A stretch of DNA of 64,000 bases from an uncultured delta proteobacterium. GTDB taxonomy: Bacteria > Desulfobacterota > BSN033 > UBA1163. The first letter of the stretch is position 1; each line of letters starts with the position of its first letter. The notes below the pieces were generated by a model, which had not been told where the DNA came from, did no database searches, and saw only the letters and a program-made list of their open reading frames with translations. This document shows positions 1-10,215 of this stretch, in pieces. The stretch lies in NCBI GenBank assembly GCA_963827685.1, contig CAWHBU010000004.1, positions 576,001 through 640,000 of the forward strand, in the 5' to 3' direction. The position numbers and the translations under genes are program-made.

Positions 1-434
1 GGCTAAAAATCTTTGCCAAAAAGGCAGACCAGGAAGATCTACCCCAAATTTCCAAGCTCTTTCGCGTGATCGCTTTCAGTGAAGAGATTCACGGTGAGCG
101 CGCGCTTCGGATGCTCAGGGAGATCAAAGATACCGATACCAATCTCAAAGAGAGCTTTCAATCGGAGACCACTATTGCGGGAGTGGCTTATGATAATTTT
201 ATCGAGCTTGCCGAGGAGATAGAGGATACCACGGCTTCGAATATCTTCTCCAATTCAAGGGATGTGGAAGTGGGTCACGCCAAACTTTACAAGAACGCGA
301 TCAACCACCTGATTGGAGAGCGGGAGACCAATTATTATGTGTGCCAGGTGTGCGGGTATGTGTCAGATGGAGTTTGGCCTGAGGTTTGTCCGGTGTGTTC
401 AGCACCCAAGGACCAGTTTATAGAATTTAAATGA
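1..434 (+). CDS. rbr: Rubrerythrin (5'-truncated by window edge)
   Basis: Frame is open from base 3 (LKIFAKKADQEDLPQISKLFRVIAFSEEIH). ExxH diiron motifs and C-terminal CxxC...CxxC rubredoxin-like domain. Confidence 0.9.
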   Translation, partial: LKIFAKKADQEDLPQISKLFRVIAFSEEIHGERALRMLREIKDTDTNLKESFQSETTIAGVAYDNFIELAEEIEDTTASNIFSNSRDVEVGHAKLYKNAINHLIGERETNYYVCQVCGYVSDGVWPEVCPVCSAPKDQFIEFK

Positions 435-495
435 AGGAAGGGATGCAGGAACTCTATCGAACCGCAGATGAATTATTTAACGATTAATGACCAAG

Positions 496-1140
496 TCAGC
501 TACCGGCCATAATCTTTTGGCATAAACGGACCCCTTTCATGCCGTCGTTCGTCCAGTAATCCGATCGCACTTCCTTACATACAAGCTCATCAACCCGGCC
601 ACCGATGATATAGGCACGAGGCGAAAGGTTCTCCGGGACATTTTCTCTCAAGAAAGTTATGGTCTCTCGCATGGTCTTGTATGCTGCACTGATTAAGCAG
701 GAAAGCCCAACAATGTTGGGCCTGAATTCATGAATCGCTGCGAGGAACTTACGCGGCGGGACATCTACTCCAAGATCATGTACCATAAACCCGTATCCAC
801 GGACTAGAACCTTAAAGATGTCCTTCCCGATGAAGTGAATATCGCCCTCGACCGTTCCAAGGACAATGCTCCCTGAATCCTCATTCGTGACTTTGTTTTC
901 GAAAAGAGGAAGGACCAGTTGGCCAACCTGGCGCATGATCTCGCCAGCCATGATTAAACCCGATATATAGTATCGTCCTTGTTCATAGCGCTCTCCCACT
1001 TGAATCATCCCTTTATGGCATAGGTCGATGATTACTAACGGGTCAATACCATCTCCCAAGTTTTGCTCGACCAAGGCCAGTACCGCCTCCTCTTTAAGTT
1101 CGGTCATCAGAGTGATTAACTTATCTTGGTTGTCTGTCAT
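496..1140 (-). CDS. Corrinoid (B12-binding) protein, MtaC/MtbC-like
   Basis: N-terminal cap domain, then GTVEGDIHFIGK (DxHxxG), VGLSCL and IIGG B12-binding motifs. Confidence 0.9.
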   Translation of the reverse strand: MTDNQDKLITLMTELKEEAVLALVEQNLGDGIDPLVIIDLCHKGMIQVGERYEQGRYYISGLIMAGEIMRQVGQLVLPLFENKVTNEDSGSIVLGTVEGDIHFIGKDIFKVLVRGYGFMVHDLGVDVPPRKFLAAIHEFRPNIVGLSCLISAAYKTMRETITFLRENVPENLSPRAYIIGGRVDELVCKEVRSDYWTNDGMKGVRLCQKIMAGS

Positions 1141-1174
1141 GGGTATATAATCGTTAACCTCCTAAAATTCAGCA

Positions 1175-1927
1175 CTATATCACATTGCTGATTCCTACTT
1201 TGGTAGTGAATCTAAGACGATCCCCACGGCATATAAACCGTCCCCAACTGACGGGTTTGTCTTCGAAATCATAAAAGATATGTTCTATGCGGAATGCGGG
1301 CTGCATTTGAATGGTATTGAGGATATCCGCTTCCTCCTTTGTAAGGACTGCCGCCTCGATAAAGAGCTTCCCTCTTTTGAGTTTTGTTTCCCCTGTTCCC
1401 ACAAACAGACCATGTAGAGAGGTGAGTTCCATTTCAGCCTCCACAATCGGGCGGACTGGGTCGTAAATTAGTTGTTCTTTGTGGTAAATAATGGGGTCAC
1501 CATCCCGAACCAAAACCCGTCTGATGAGGATCGTTCTCTCTCCCTCGCTTATTGCCAACCTATTTGCCATTGTTTCATCGGCCTTGGTAATGAGCACTTC
1601 CAGAATTTTTACCTTGGTTCGCTCTTTGTCCTTGAATATGTTGTGAAATTCCTCCAGACTAAATGTTACTCCAGCCAAATCTGGGGCTTTTACATAGGTC
1701 CCGCTTCCCTGAATTGTGCTGACAATTCCCTGCTCCAACAGGACGTTGATGGACCGGCGAACTGTCATTGGACTAACCTGATAACGCCTGCAAAGCTCTG
1801 ATTCAGAAGGCAGACGATCACCAGGAAGAAAGACGCCCTTAGCGATCTGTTCCCTCAAAATGTTGACAAGTTGGACATATGCTGGTTGAAATGATTGGCG
1901 ATCTATATTTATTTGATTTTCCGGCAT
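1175..1927 (-). CDS. GntR-family (HutC/UTRA) transcriptional regulator
   Basis: GDRLPSESELCRRYQVSPMTVRR winged HTH plus C-terminal UTRA domain. ATG at 1927 preferred. Confidence 0.92.
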   Translation of the reverse strand: MPENQINIDRQSFQPAYVQLVNILREQIAKGVFLPGDRLPSESELCRRYQVSPMTVRRSINVLLEQGIVSTIQGSGTYVKAPDLAGVTFSLEEFHNIFKDKERTKVKILEVLITKADETMANRLAISEGERTILIRRVLVRDGDPIIYHKEQLIYDPVRPIVEAEMELTSLHGLFVGTGETKLKRGKLFIEAAVLTKEEADILNTIQMQPAFRIEHIFYDFEDKPVSWGRFICRGDRLRFTTKVGISNVI

Positions 1928-1956
1928 GGTCTTCAATAGCCTGTTCCTTCAAACTA

Positions 1957-2146
1957 ATTATACATATAACTTATTAAATTAATTGATGTCAAGATCTTAA
2001 TTTTTAATGAATTTTGGCATAAATATCCCCTTAATAATTTCTTTCCCTATATTATTATTATATATATGTTGTTAATATCATTTAATATTTTGTTATTTTA
2101 CCCCCAGATTTTTTTACTTGACAAAGTTCCCTATATAAGTTTAAAT
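1957..2146. promoter_or_regulatory. AT-rich divergent promoter region (sigma70-like -35 boxes on both strands)
   Basis: TTGACA at 2118-2123 (+) with a 17-nt spacer to TTAAAT. TTGACA at 1987-1992 (-) followed by TTATAT/TATAAT. Confidence 0.55.
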
Positions 2147-2226
2147 AGTAAAAAACATTCTCTCAAATTAACTCCTATGTCTTGAGATCGGTCATTGGAA
2201 ACGCGAATTCGAAAGGAGGAAAAGAT

Positions 2227-2877
2227 ATGTCTCAGAAATTGGTTAATGCGATGACCAACATGAACGAAAAAGAGACCCTTGAAATTGTCAGGGCTTTATT
2301 GGCCGACAATCAAGACCCTGTTCAGATTCTGGATGATTGCACTAAGGCCATGGAAACGGTCGGCAAGCGTTTTGAGGCAGGCGAATATTTTCTTCCTGAA
2401 CTGATGCTGGCAGGTGAGATGATGATGCAGATTTCTGAAATGGTCAAACCGAAGTTGAAAGGTGGTGTGGCCTCAAGAAAACAGGGTAAAGTGCTCATAG
2501 GAACGGTGGAAGGGGACGTTCATGATATCGGTAAGAATATTGTCTCCTTTCTGCTTGACGTTAATGGTTTTGAGGTATGCGACATTGGAATTGATGTTCC
2601 GCCCGGAAAATTTGTGGAAAAAATCAAGGATTTCAAACCCCAGGTCGTGGGTCTGAGCGGTCTTCTCACCCTCGCCTACGACTCCATGAAGAATACGGTT
2701 CGGGCTATTGAAAAAGCCGGCCTGCGTAACAGCCTAAAGATTATGATCGGAGGCGGTCAGATACGTGAAACGGTGAGAGAATATGCCGGGGCCGATGCCT
2801 TTGGTAAGGATGCCATGGAAGGTGTTACCTTGGCGAAAAAGTGGATTGGAACGAGACAAGATGGGTTCAGGAAATGA
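2227..2877 (+). CDS. Corrinoid methyltransferase protein (MtaC/MtbC-like)
   Basis: GTVEGDVHDIGKNIV, VGLSGLLT and IMIGG motifs. AGGAGG RBS before ATG 2227. Confidence 0.93.
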   Translation: MSQKLVNAMTNMNEKETLEIVRALLADNQDPVQILDDCTKAMETVGKRFEAGEYFLPELMLAGEMMMQISEMVKPKLKGGVASRKQGKVLIGTVEGDVHDIGKNIVSFLLDVNGFEVCDIGIDVPPGKFVEKIKDFKPQVVGLSGLLTLAYDSMKNTVRAIEKAGLRNSLKIMIGGGQIRETVREYAGADAFGKDAMEGVTLAKKWIGTRQDGFRK

Positions 2878-2892
2878 AATAGAGGTAATGGC

Positions 2893-3771
2893 ATGAGCCT
2901 TTTTTCGGTTACCCTTCAATATGCCATTTCAGGAATAACGGATGGAAGTATCTATGCGATTATCGGAATCTGCTGGAGCGTCGTCTACCTTATCACCAAG
3001 GTCCTCAATTTCACCACGGGTGAATTTGTCATGCTTGGCGGAATGCTCACCTGGGGATTTCACAGCTTAGGACTGGGAATATTTCCTGCAGCACTTGTTG
3101 CAGTGGCAGCCACCATCTGCATCGCCATCGTAATCGAAAGGGCAACGATCCGCCCCGTGCGCTATCCATCAGAGATGACTTACATGATGATTACCATCGC
3201 TTTAGCTTCGATCATTAAAGGTATCATCCTTCTCAAATGGGGCACAGAGGTCAGGAAAATAGATCCCTTCTTCGGTACGGAGGTGTTACACCTGTTTGGT
3301 GCCGCAATCACCCCTCAGATCCTCTGTGTCCTTGGGCTCCTCATCATCGTGACAGTAGGATTGACGTGGTTCTTAAATAACACCCTTTTTGGCAAGGCTC
3401 TGAGGGCTTCTGCAATCAACTTGACAGGAGCGAAACTGGTGGGAATAGATATCAACAAATTTAGGCTTTTCTCTTTTGGTCTTGCAGGAGGGCTTGGCGC
3501 CATTGCCGGGATTGTCACGACGCCTATTACCTTTACTGGATACCAGATCGGGATGCTCACAGGACTCAAGGGATTGGTTGCTGCCATCGTAGGGGGGTGG
3601 GGCATCATGGGGACTGTCATTTCTGCCATTGCTTTAGGACTGCTTGAAGGGTTTTGTGCAGGCTTTATCTCAACGGGGTTCAAGGATGTTCTTGCACTGC
3701 TTATTATGGTCATTTTTCTAGTCGTCAAGACATACCGCATAGCACCAACATTGAGGCGAACCTCTTCATGA
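2893..3771 (+). CDS. LIV-type ABC transporter permease (LivH-like)
   Basis: Hydrophobic. GSIYAII...NFTTGEFVMLGG and GKALRA...AKLVGI motifs. Confidence 0.9.
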   Translation: MSLFSVTLQYAISGITDGSIYAIIGICWSVVYLITKVLNFTTGEFVMLGGMLTWGFHSLGLGIFPAALVAVAATICIAIVIERATIRPVRYPSEMTYMMITIALASIIKGIILLKWGTEVRKIDPFFGTEVLHLFGAAITPQILCVLGLLIIVTVGLTWFLNNTLFGKALRASAINLTGAKLVGIDINKFRLFSFGLAGGLGAIAGIVTTPITFTGYQIGMLTGLKGLVAAIVGGWGIMGTVISAIALGLLEGFCAGFISTGFKDVLALLIMVIFLVVKTYRIAPTLRRTSS

Positions 3772-4769
3772 AACCGATGAGAAAAATCCTCAACGGATGG
3801 TTTTTTATCGTTATTGCGATTGGGGTACTTCCTTTTATTATCCCCGGCCTTTATATGCACTATATCACTGGTGTCATGTGTTTCATTGCGATGTATGGGG
3901 CTCTTGCTCTGGGTATGGGGGTGCTTCTTGAGCAATCGGGGCTCTTTTCCCTGGCTCATCCGTCCTGGTTCGGTATCGGAGCTTACCTTACCGGCATCCT
4001 TGCGATGAGGGGTATGCCCTCTCTGGCTGCAATCATGATCGCTGCGATCTGCGTGGCTTTCCTTGCCTATCTTATTGGTGCACCCCTCTTACGCCTAAAG
4101 GGATACTATCTTGCTTGCGCCACCTTTGCCCTCCTTTTGATCGTAGATATTACTATTCCCCAATTGGGATCGATTACCGGAGGGCATGATGGTCTTCTGG
4201 GTATTCCTCCGCTCTCCGTTGCCGGCTTCGTATTCGAAGGTGATTTCCAGTTCTATTATCTCACCTGGGGACTTTGTCTCGGAACACTCTGGTTTCTCAG
4301 TAACCTCATGAGGTCACGGTTCGGCCGGGCAATCAAATCTTTCAACGACAGTGAAGTTGCAAGCAAAAGCGTAGGGGTCAATGTATCGGGATACAAACTG
4401 CAGGTTTTCATCCTAACTGCGGTAATGGCGAGCCTCGTCGGAAGTTTGTTCTGCTTCTATATCCGTTACGCCAGCCCTTTAATGTTTGGTTTCCCTCTCA
4501 TGGTAGAGCTCGTCACCATGATGATTGTGGGAGGGGGGAAGACGCTTTATGGTCCACTTCTTGGGAGTTTTATCATCCTGTGGGTCCGCGAGCTCATCCA
4601 CATCTATCTTGGCAAGATTCTCCCCGTGATGAACGCCCAGGTCGACGCCACCTTTTTCGGGGTCATCATTGTGGTCATCCTCATCTTTATGCCCGGAGGG
4701 CTGGCCGGTTGGCTGGAACAATTCATTCAGGCAGGAAGGAAGGTTCGTGAGCGTTTTGCAAGAGCATAG
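3768..4769 (+). CDS. LIV-type ABC transporter permease (LivM-like)
   Basis: LRLKGYYLACAT, TGGHDGL and SRFGRAI motifs. Start overlaps the previous stop (ATGA). Confidence 0.9.
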   Translation: MKPMRKILNGWFFIVIAIGVLPFIIPGLYMHYITGVMCFIAMYGALALGMGVLLEQSGLFSLAHPSWFGIGAYLTGILAMRGMPSLAAIMIAAICVAFLAYLIGAPLLRLKGYYLACATFALLLIVDITIPQLGSITGGHDGLLGIPPLSVAGFVFEGDFQFYYLTWGLCLGTLWFLSNLMRSRFGRAIKSFNDSEVASKSVGVNVSGYKLQVFILTAVMASLVGSLFCFYIRYASPLMFGFPLMVELVTMMIVGGGKTLYGPLLGSFIILWVRELIHIYLGKILPVMNAQVDATFFGVIIVVILIFMPGGLAGWLEQFIQAGRKVRERFARA

Positions 4770-5556
4770 CATCCTCCTCGACGTAGTTGATGTAAGCAAG
4801 CACTTTGGTGGGATTTGTGCCCTCAATAAGGTATCTTTTACCCTCAGAAGAGGGAGCATCACTTCTCTTATTGGACCTAACGGTGCTGGCAAAACAACCT
4901 TTATTAATGTTGTTACGGGAGTCTATACGCCTGACGAAGGAGGGATCCATTTTCAGGGCAAAGATCTTTTTGGATTATCGGCCCATCTCGTTGCGTCAAA
5001 AGGGATTGGAAGGACTTTTCAACTCGAAGAACTCTTCGGCAGTCTTACTGTACTTGAGAATACAATGGCGGGGTGCCATGTCAATAGTCGATCAGGGATG
5101 CTTTCGTGCGGTTTTTCCCTTCCCTCAGCCAGAAAAGAAGAAAAACGGATCAGGGATGAGGCCGTGGAAAAACTCGCGCTGGTTGGCCTCGAAAAGAGGG
5201 CCTTTGACCCGATCTCCAAACTTCCCTTGGGGGAACGAAAACTGGTCGGCATTGCACGGGCACTCAGCATGAAACCAACATTGCTTATGCTGGATGAGCC
5301 TGTAGGTGGGTTAGCAGCCCACGAAATCAAAAAACTTGTCGACCTGATTTACACACTTCTCTCAAAAGGTCTAACCATCCTCATCGTGGAGCACAACATG
5401 CCTTTTGTCATGTCCCTTTCTGAAAAAGTTGTTGTATTGGACGAGGGAACAAAGATTGCCGAAGGTCGACCGGACGAGGTGAGAACGAACGATAAAGTCA
5501 TCAAGGCTTATCTTGGCGAAGAGGTCAGCGATGATGCATTCCACACCGGGCCCTGA
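4747..5556 (+). CDS. LIV ABC ATPase (LivG-like)
   Basis: GPNGAGKTT, RTFQ, LLMLDEP, VEHNM, AYLG. GTG start inferred. Confidence 0.92.
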   Translation: MSVLQEHSILLDVVDVSKHFGGICALNKVSFTLRRGSITSLIGPNGAGKTTFINVVTGVYTPDEGGIHFQGKDLFGLSAHLVASKGIGRTFQLEELFGSLTVLENTMAGCHVNSRSGMLSCGFSLPSARKEEKRIRDEAVEKLALVGLEKRAFDPISKLPLGERKLVGIARALSMKPTLLMLDEPVGGLAAHEIKKLVDLIYTLLSKGLTILIVEHNMPFVMSLSEKVVVLDEGTKIAEGRPDEVRTNDKVIKAYLGEEVSDDAFHTGP

Positions 5557-6310
5557 GATGTGTAAGGAGCGCAAAGAGCGAGCCGGTCCTTATCGCCTGT
5601 CTATCGAAGCCATCTCCACCTTTTATGGGGAGGCACAGGCATTGAAGGATGTATCAATCGCCGTGTATCCAAAGGAGGTGGTCACTATATTGGGGAGTAA
5701 TGGCGCTGGGAAAACGACCCTTCTTAAGACACTCATCGGTCTATTGTCTCCACGATTTGGGAAAATATTCTTTGAAGAGATATCCATTGAAAGCAGGCCT
5801 TCCCATGAGATTATCACAAAGGGTATTGCAAGCGTTCCCGAGGGAAGGGAGCTTTTTGGCTCGTTGAGTGTGATGGATAATTTGCTCCTTGGGACCTACT
5901 CGCTCCCCGAAAAAAAAAGAAAGCAAATACTTGTTAGTCGGCTGGAAATGATATTTACCCTTTTCCCAATACTTAAAGAAAGGCTGAAACAGAAGGCGGA
6001 AACGCTATCGGGGGGACAACAACAAATGCTCGCCGTTGGGAGGGCATTAATGGCAATGCCCACACTTCTTGCCCTTGATGAACCTTCGCTCGGACTCTCT
6101 CCGATTCTCGTTACAGAGATGATGAGAGTATTAAGAGAAATCTGCGATCAATGGGAGGTTTCACTCCTTCTGGTAGAACAAAATGCCCGTGCAGCGTTAA
6201 AGATCGCCGATTATGTCTATGTTTTGGAGAGGGGAGAAGTGGTGCTCCAGGGTGCTTGCAAAGAAGTGATCGATAGCCCAACCATCCAATCCGCTTACCT
6301 GGGTGGCTGA
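5531..6310 (+). CDS. LIV ABC ATPase (LivF-like)
   Basis: GSNGAGKTT, LSGGQQQM, DEPSLGL, VEQN. Start uncertain. Confidence 0.92.
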   Translation: MMHSTPGPEMCKERKERAGPYRLSIEAISTFYGEAQALKDVSIAVYPKEVVTILGSNGAGKTTLLKTLIGLLSPRFGKIFFEEISIESRPSHEIITKGIASVPEGRELFGSLSVMDNLLLGTYSLPEKKRKQILVSRLEMIFTLFPILKERLKQKAETLSGGQQQMLAVGRALMAMPTLLALDEPSLGLSPILVTEMMRVLREICDQWEVSLLLVEQNARAALKIADYVYVLERGEVVLQGACKEVIDSPTIQSAYLGG

Positions 6311-6335
6311 GAAAAATGAAAAGGAGGATAAAGAG

Positions 6336-7529
6336 ATGAAGCGAATCATTTTAGTTTGTATCACGGTATGTTTTGTTCTGGGATTATTATTGACTGGTCA
6401 AAGCCACGCTCAAAAACCTTCGCCCTATGTGATCGGTGTCATCCTGGATATGACCGGCCGCCAATCGAACTTGGGTGTAGGATGCAAGAGGGGACTGGAT
6501 ATTGCAGTTGACGAGATCAATTCAGCAGGCGGTGTCAATGGGAGACAGCTTGAGGTGGTGCTTCTTGATGGAGAAAGTGATCCCGCAAAAGCAGTCATGC
6601 ACACGAAAAGACTCATAGAAGTTGATCGCGTATCAGTGCTTGCAGGTTATTCGGCAACTTCATCGACGATGGCCTCCATGCAGACCGCAGAAGCAGGAAC
6701 CACACCCCTTATCGCTGCTTGCCCTATTGTTGCCGCCGGACCGGCGGTAAAGAAGTGGATCTTTACTGTGGTGCCGCGGCAGAAGGAGGCATCGCTCCCC
6801 ATGTTACTGGAAAATTTAGTACAGCGAGGTGTAAAAAAGATTGCCTACATTTATATCGATAATGTCTATGGTCAAACAGGGCTGAAAGTATTGGAAGAAG
6901 CGGCAAAGGAGATGAACGTAAAGCTCGTACTTGTCGAAAAATATGCAGTAGGAAGTACTGACTTAGGCCCGCAGATTACCCATATCAAGACAGCAGGGGC
7001 CGATGGATTCATCATTACCGGAAACGTCCCTGATACGACGTTGGCAATCAAAAATGCGAGAGACCTTGGTTTTACTGGCCCCATTTTCAGTGATTATGCT
7101 ATCGTGAGCCCTGAATTTGTCGAGCTTGCAGGAAAATATGGAGAAGGGATCGTCAGCACCTCGTTGAAGACACTTGTTGCTCCAGACCTTCCCGCTAATG
7201 ATGTTCAAAAAAAGGTTTGCATGGACCTCTATACGAAGTACACGAAGCAGTATGGTGCTTTCAGCCTCTATGCGGGTCATACATGGGATCAGATTCATAT
7301 GATCGCTGATGTATTGAAAAAGGTGGACCCGAAGCTGAATCCTTCAAATCCCGCTGATATCGCGAAGATACGAGAGCAATTTCGGAACAATTACGAAAAG
7401 ATCAAAGCGTTTGTCGGGCAGAATGGTGTTTTTACAATCACGGCCGACAACCATAACGGCCTCCCGCTGAAATGCTACGTGCCTGTAGTGATTGAGAATG
7501 GTAAGTGGAAACTTTATAAAGGGAAATAG
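6336..7529 (+). CDS. LIV-family periplasmic substrate-binding protein
   Basis: Signal peptide MKRII...SHA and INSAGGVNGRQLEVVLLD motif. AGGAGG RBS. Confidence 0.9.
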   Translation: MKRIILVCITVCFVLGLLLTGQSHAQKPSPYVIGVILDMTGRQSNLGVGCKRGLDIAVDEINSAGGVNGRQLEVVLLDGESDPAKAVMHTKRLIEVDRVSVLAGYSATSSTMASMQTAEAGTTPLIAACPIVAAGPAVKKWIFTVVPRQKEASLPMLLENLVQRGVKKIAYIYIDNVYGQTGLKVLEEAAKEMNVKLVLVEKYAVGSTDLGPQITHIKTAGADGFIITGNVPDTTLAIKNARDLGFTGPIFSDYAIVSPEFVELAGKYGEGIVSTSLKTLVAPDLPANDVQKKVCMDLYTKYTKQYGAFSLYAGHTWDQIHMIADVLKKVDPKLNPSNPADIAKIREQFRNNYEKIKAFVGQNGVFTITADNHNGLPLKCYVPVVIENGKWKLYKGK

Positions 7530-7631
7530 AGAGAACCAAGGGTTCCAGGGGTCGAGGATTGCAGGGTAAAAGTGAATTTCCCTCGGCCCCTTGAACCCTT
7601 TGAACCCAATCTTCTCTCAGAGGTGAGACCA

Positions 7632-8942
7632 ATGGACAAGACGGAAGAGATGCTTGAATTATGGTGTTCTGCGCAGGGAGCAAATTTTATCAATGAAGAT
7701 GCTGAAGAGGCATACAAAAAGAGAGCGCGCAGAGTCGCAGATGTGGTCCAACTCAAAGTGCCTGACAGAGTTCCCATCGTGCCGAGTTTTGGTATGTTCC
7801 CCGCCCTTGACAATGGGTTGACATGCGAAGAGGTCATGTTTGACTATGATAAAGCCCATCAGGCATGGATGAAGACACTTATTGACTTTGAGCCAGATCT
7901 CTATCGGGCCTCAAGCTATCCTTTTTCTGGGCATGTTTTTGAAGCTCTGGACTACAAACTGCTTAGATTGCCTGGCCGTGGGGTCCCTTCCAATCACGTT
8001 TTTCAGTTTGTTGAAGAAGAATATGTAAAAGCAGAGGAATTTTACGACGCATTCATCGATGACCCTGCCGATTTTTTGCTGAGGGTTTATTTACCGCGTG
8101 TATGTGGAGCCCTTGGACCTTTAAAAATGCTTCCATCATTCAATTCATGGTTTGGATACTACTTGGGGATTGTTGGTAATGTTTCTTTTTTTGGCATTCC
8201 TGAAATCGCCAGCGCATTAGAGGCTTTGCAGAAAGCAGGGGCCGAAGCACTAAAATGGCTTACCCATGTCCGTGAGGAAACTCAAGAAATGATGTCAATG
8301 GGCTTCCCGGATATCCTGGGCGGCCACTCTGCTGCCCCTTTTGATGTCATCGGAGATTGGTTTAGGGGGACACGCGGCATCATGCTGGACATGTATCGAC
8401 ATCCCGATAAACTGTTAAAGGCAATGGAAAGATTGGTGCCGATCCAAATTAGGATGGGAGCGACCCTTTCCAAAAGAATGGGAAAACCAGTTGTGATGCT
8501 GATGCTTCACAAGGGTCTTGATTCATTTATGTCCAATGAGCAGTACAAAACCTTTTACTGGCCAACTCTGAGAAAGGTCATGATGGGATTGATCGATGAA
8601 GGCCTCGTCCCTTTACCCTTGTTTGAAGGCAACAATACTTCACGCCTGGAGATTATTAAAGATATACCCAAAGGAAAGGCGATCTACTGGTTCGAAGAAG
8701 TTGATATTTACAAGGCCAAAGAGATCCTGGGTGATACGGTATGCTTCAGAGGAAATGTCCCGGGCTCGTTATTGTATGCAGGCACCCCCCGACAGGTAAA
8801 GGATTATGTTAAAAAGCTCATCGATGTTGTGGGTAAGGGCGGAGGTTTGATGGTTGATTGTGGAATTTGGTTTGACGAGGCAAAACACGAAAATGTGAAG
8901 GCCATGGTAGATTTTACCAAGGAGTACGGCGTCTATAGATAA
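7632..8942 (+). CDS. Uroporphyrinogen decarboxylase-fold (MtaA/CmuA-like) corrinoid methyltransferase
   Basis: PDRVP, APFD...RG..GIMLDM, FYWPTL, GNVP..L..GTP and ENVKAM motifs. GAGGTG RBS before ATG 7632. Sits beside corrinoid proteins. Confidence 0.85.
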   Translation: MDKTEEMLELWCSAQGANFINEDAEEAYKKRARRVADVVQLKVPDRVPIVPSFGMFPALDNGLTCEEVMFDYDKAHQAWMKTLIDFEPDLYRASSYPFSGHVFEALDYKLLRLPGRGVPSNHVFQFVEEEYVKAEEFYDAFIDDPADFLLRVYLPRVCGALGPLKMLPSFNSWFGYYLGIVGNVSFFGIPEIASALEALQKAGAEALKWLTHVREETQEMMSMGFPDILGGHSAAPFDVIGDWFRGTRGIMLDMYRHPDKLLKAMERLVPIQIRMGATLSKRMGKPVVMLMLHKGLDSFMSNEQYKTFYWPTLRKVMMGLIDEGLVPLPLFEGNNTSRLEIIKDIPKGKAIYWFEEVDIYKAKEILGDTVCFRGNVPGSLLYAGTPRQVKDYVKKLIDVVGKGGGLMVDCGIWFDEAKHENVKAMVDFTKEYGVYR

Positions 8943-9202
8943 GCATGGGACAAGTTAAATGTGATTAAGGTTTGAACACCTGATCTAGCTGAGCCTATAA
9001 GTGGAAAAATGCTGGCTTTACGCTATTGATTTTGAAGCCGTAGTCTTAAGTAATACCGGAGTCGAGGCGTTAATTCAGCTAAATTTCTTACCGTTCAAGG
9101 TTCAACCTTAGAAATTTAGGAAATGTTGCAGAACGCTCAAGGGACTGACTAAATCTTTGGGAGATAAGCGCTTGAACTCCTGATCTTTGCAGTCCTTGAA
9201 CC

Positions 9203-10189
9203 CTATTTCATTCCTACTTTCGCTTTCTCTTTTAAAATCGGAATTACATTTTGAAAATCGTCCACAATCCCATAATCGGCCACTCCAAAGATGGGAGCTC
9301 GGGGATCTTTATTGATGGCGATGATTGTTTCAGAACCCTGCATCGCTGTCACATGCTGGAAAGCGCCGCTGATGCCAATGGCAATGTAGACCTTCGGCTT
9401 CACCGTTTTTCCAGAGATTCCAACCTGGCGCTCTTTGGGTAGCCAGTTTCGATCCACCACCGGACGTGAACAGGCCATCACCCCACCTAAACTTTTTGCC
9501 ACTTCCTCTATCATTGGAATATGTTCCGGTCCTCCGATCCCTTGGCCCACAGAGACGATGATCTCGGCTTGAGTGATATCTTCTCCCGTGATAGGGGCTT
9601 CAATATATTCTATAAATTTTTTTACATCGATCGTCCCTTGGAGGGAAGAGGACTCCATGATAATCCCAGACTTTTTATCACCAGGTACCGCGGGTACCGC
9701 GGGGCTGAAAACACCCGGCCGAACAGTGGCTACATAGCCTTTGGATTCCCTCAGAGATACTTTGGCATTTACCTTTCCTCCATAGATGGATCGAACGGCT
9801 TTCAAACGGCTCCCTTCAAACGAGAGGCCGATACAATCCGTGACCAGAGGGGACCCCATTTCCACGGAAAGGCTCGGCCCCAGGTCCATTCCAAAAGCTG
9901 TGTGACCTATCAGGGTAAGGAGGGGCTGATATTTTGCGATGAGAGAGGAGAGGACCTTTTGATAGAGAATGGAGTTAAAATGTTCGAGTTGCGCATCTTC
10001 TACGACCAAAACCTTCGATGTCCTTAAAGCCAACTCCTCAGCGAAAGTTTTGACATGATGACCCAATAGTACTGCGGTTGAAGAAGTTCCTTGCTGGGAG
10101 GCCAACTTCTCTCCAGCTCCTAACATCTCGTATGTGATATCCCGCATCTTACCTTGTCGATGCTCAACTAATACGAAAACTTCGCCCAT
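9203..10189 (-). CDS. etfA: Electron transfer flavoprotein alpha subunit
   Basis: ACSRPVVD, QVGISGKTV, GISGAFQH and AINKD motifs. The ORF-track N-terminal extension lies in a repeat. Confidence 0.95.
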   Translation of the reverse strand: MGEVFVLVEHRQGKMRDITYEMLGAGEKLASQQGTSSTAVLLGHHVKTFAEELALRTSKVLVVEDAQLEHFNSILYQKVLSSLIAKYQPLLTLIGHTAFGMDLGPSLSVEMGSPLVTDCIGLSFEGSRLKAVRSIYGGKVNAKVSLRESKGYVATVRPGVFSPAVPAVPGDKKSGIIMESSSLQGTIDVKKFIEYIEAPITGEDITQAEIIVSVGQGIGGPEHIPMIEEVAKSLGGVMACSRPVVDRNWLPKERQVGISGKTVKPKVYIAIGISGAFQHVTAMQGSETIIAINKDPRAPIFGVADYGIVDDFQNVIPILKEKAKVGMK

Positions 10190-10215
10190 GCTATTAACTC
10201 CTCTTGTAAAGGTTT

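Noticed and set aside
1940-2226. Cobalamin riboswitch upstream of the corrinoid operon
   Set aside because: The region is very AT-rich with no B12-box or conserved stems visible.
8960-9110. Possible MITE (TTGAAC/GTTCAA and TAGCTGA/TCAGCTA)
   Set aside because: Matches are short and unevenly spaced; could be chance.
9684-9701. 9-bp tandem duplication in etfA (PAVPAVP)
   Set aside because: Real, but in frame in the interdomain linker; probably neutral.
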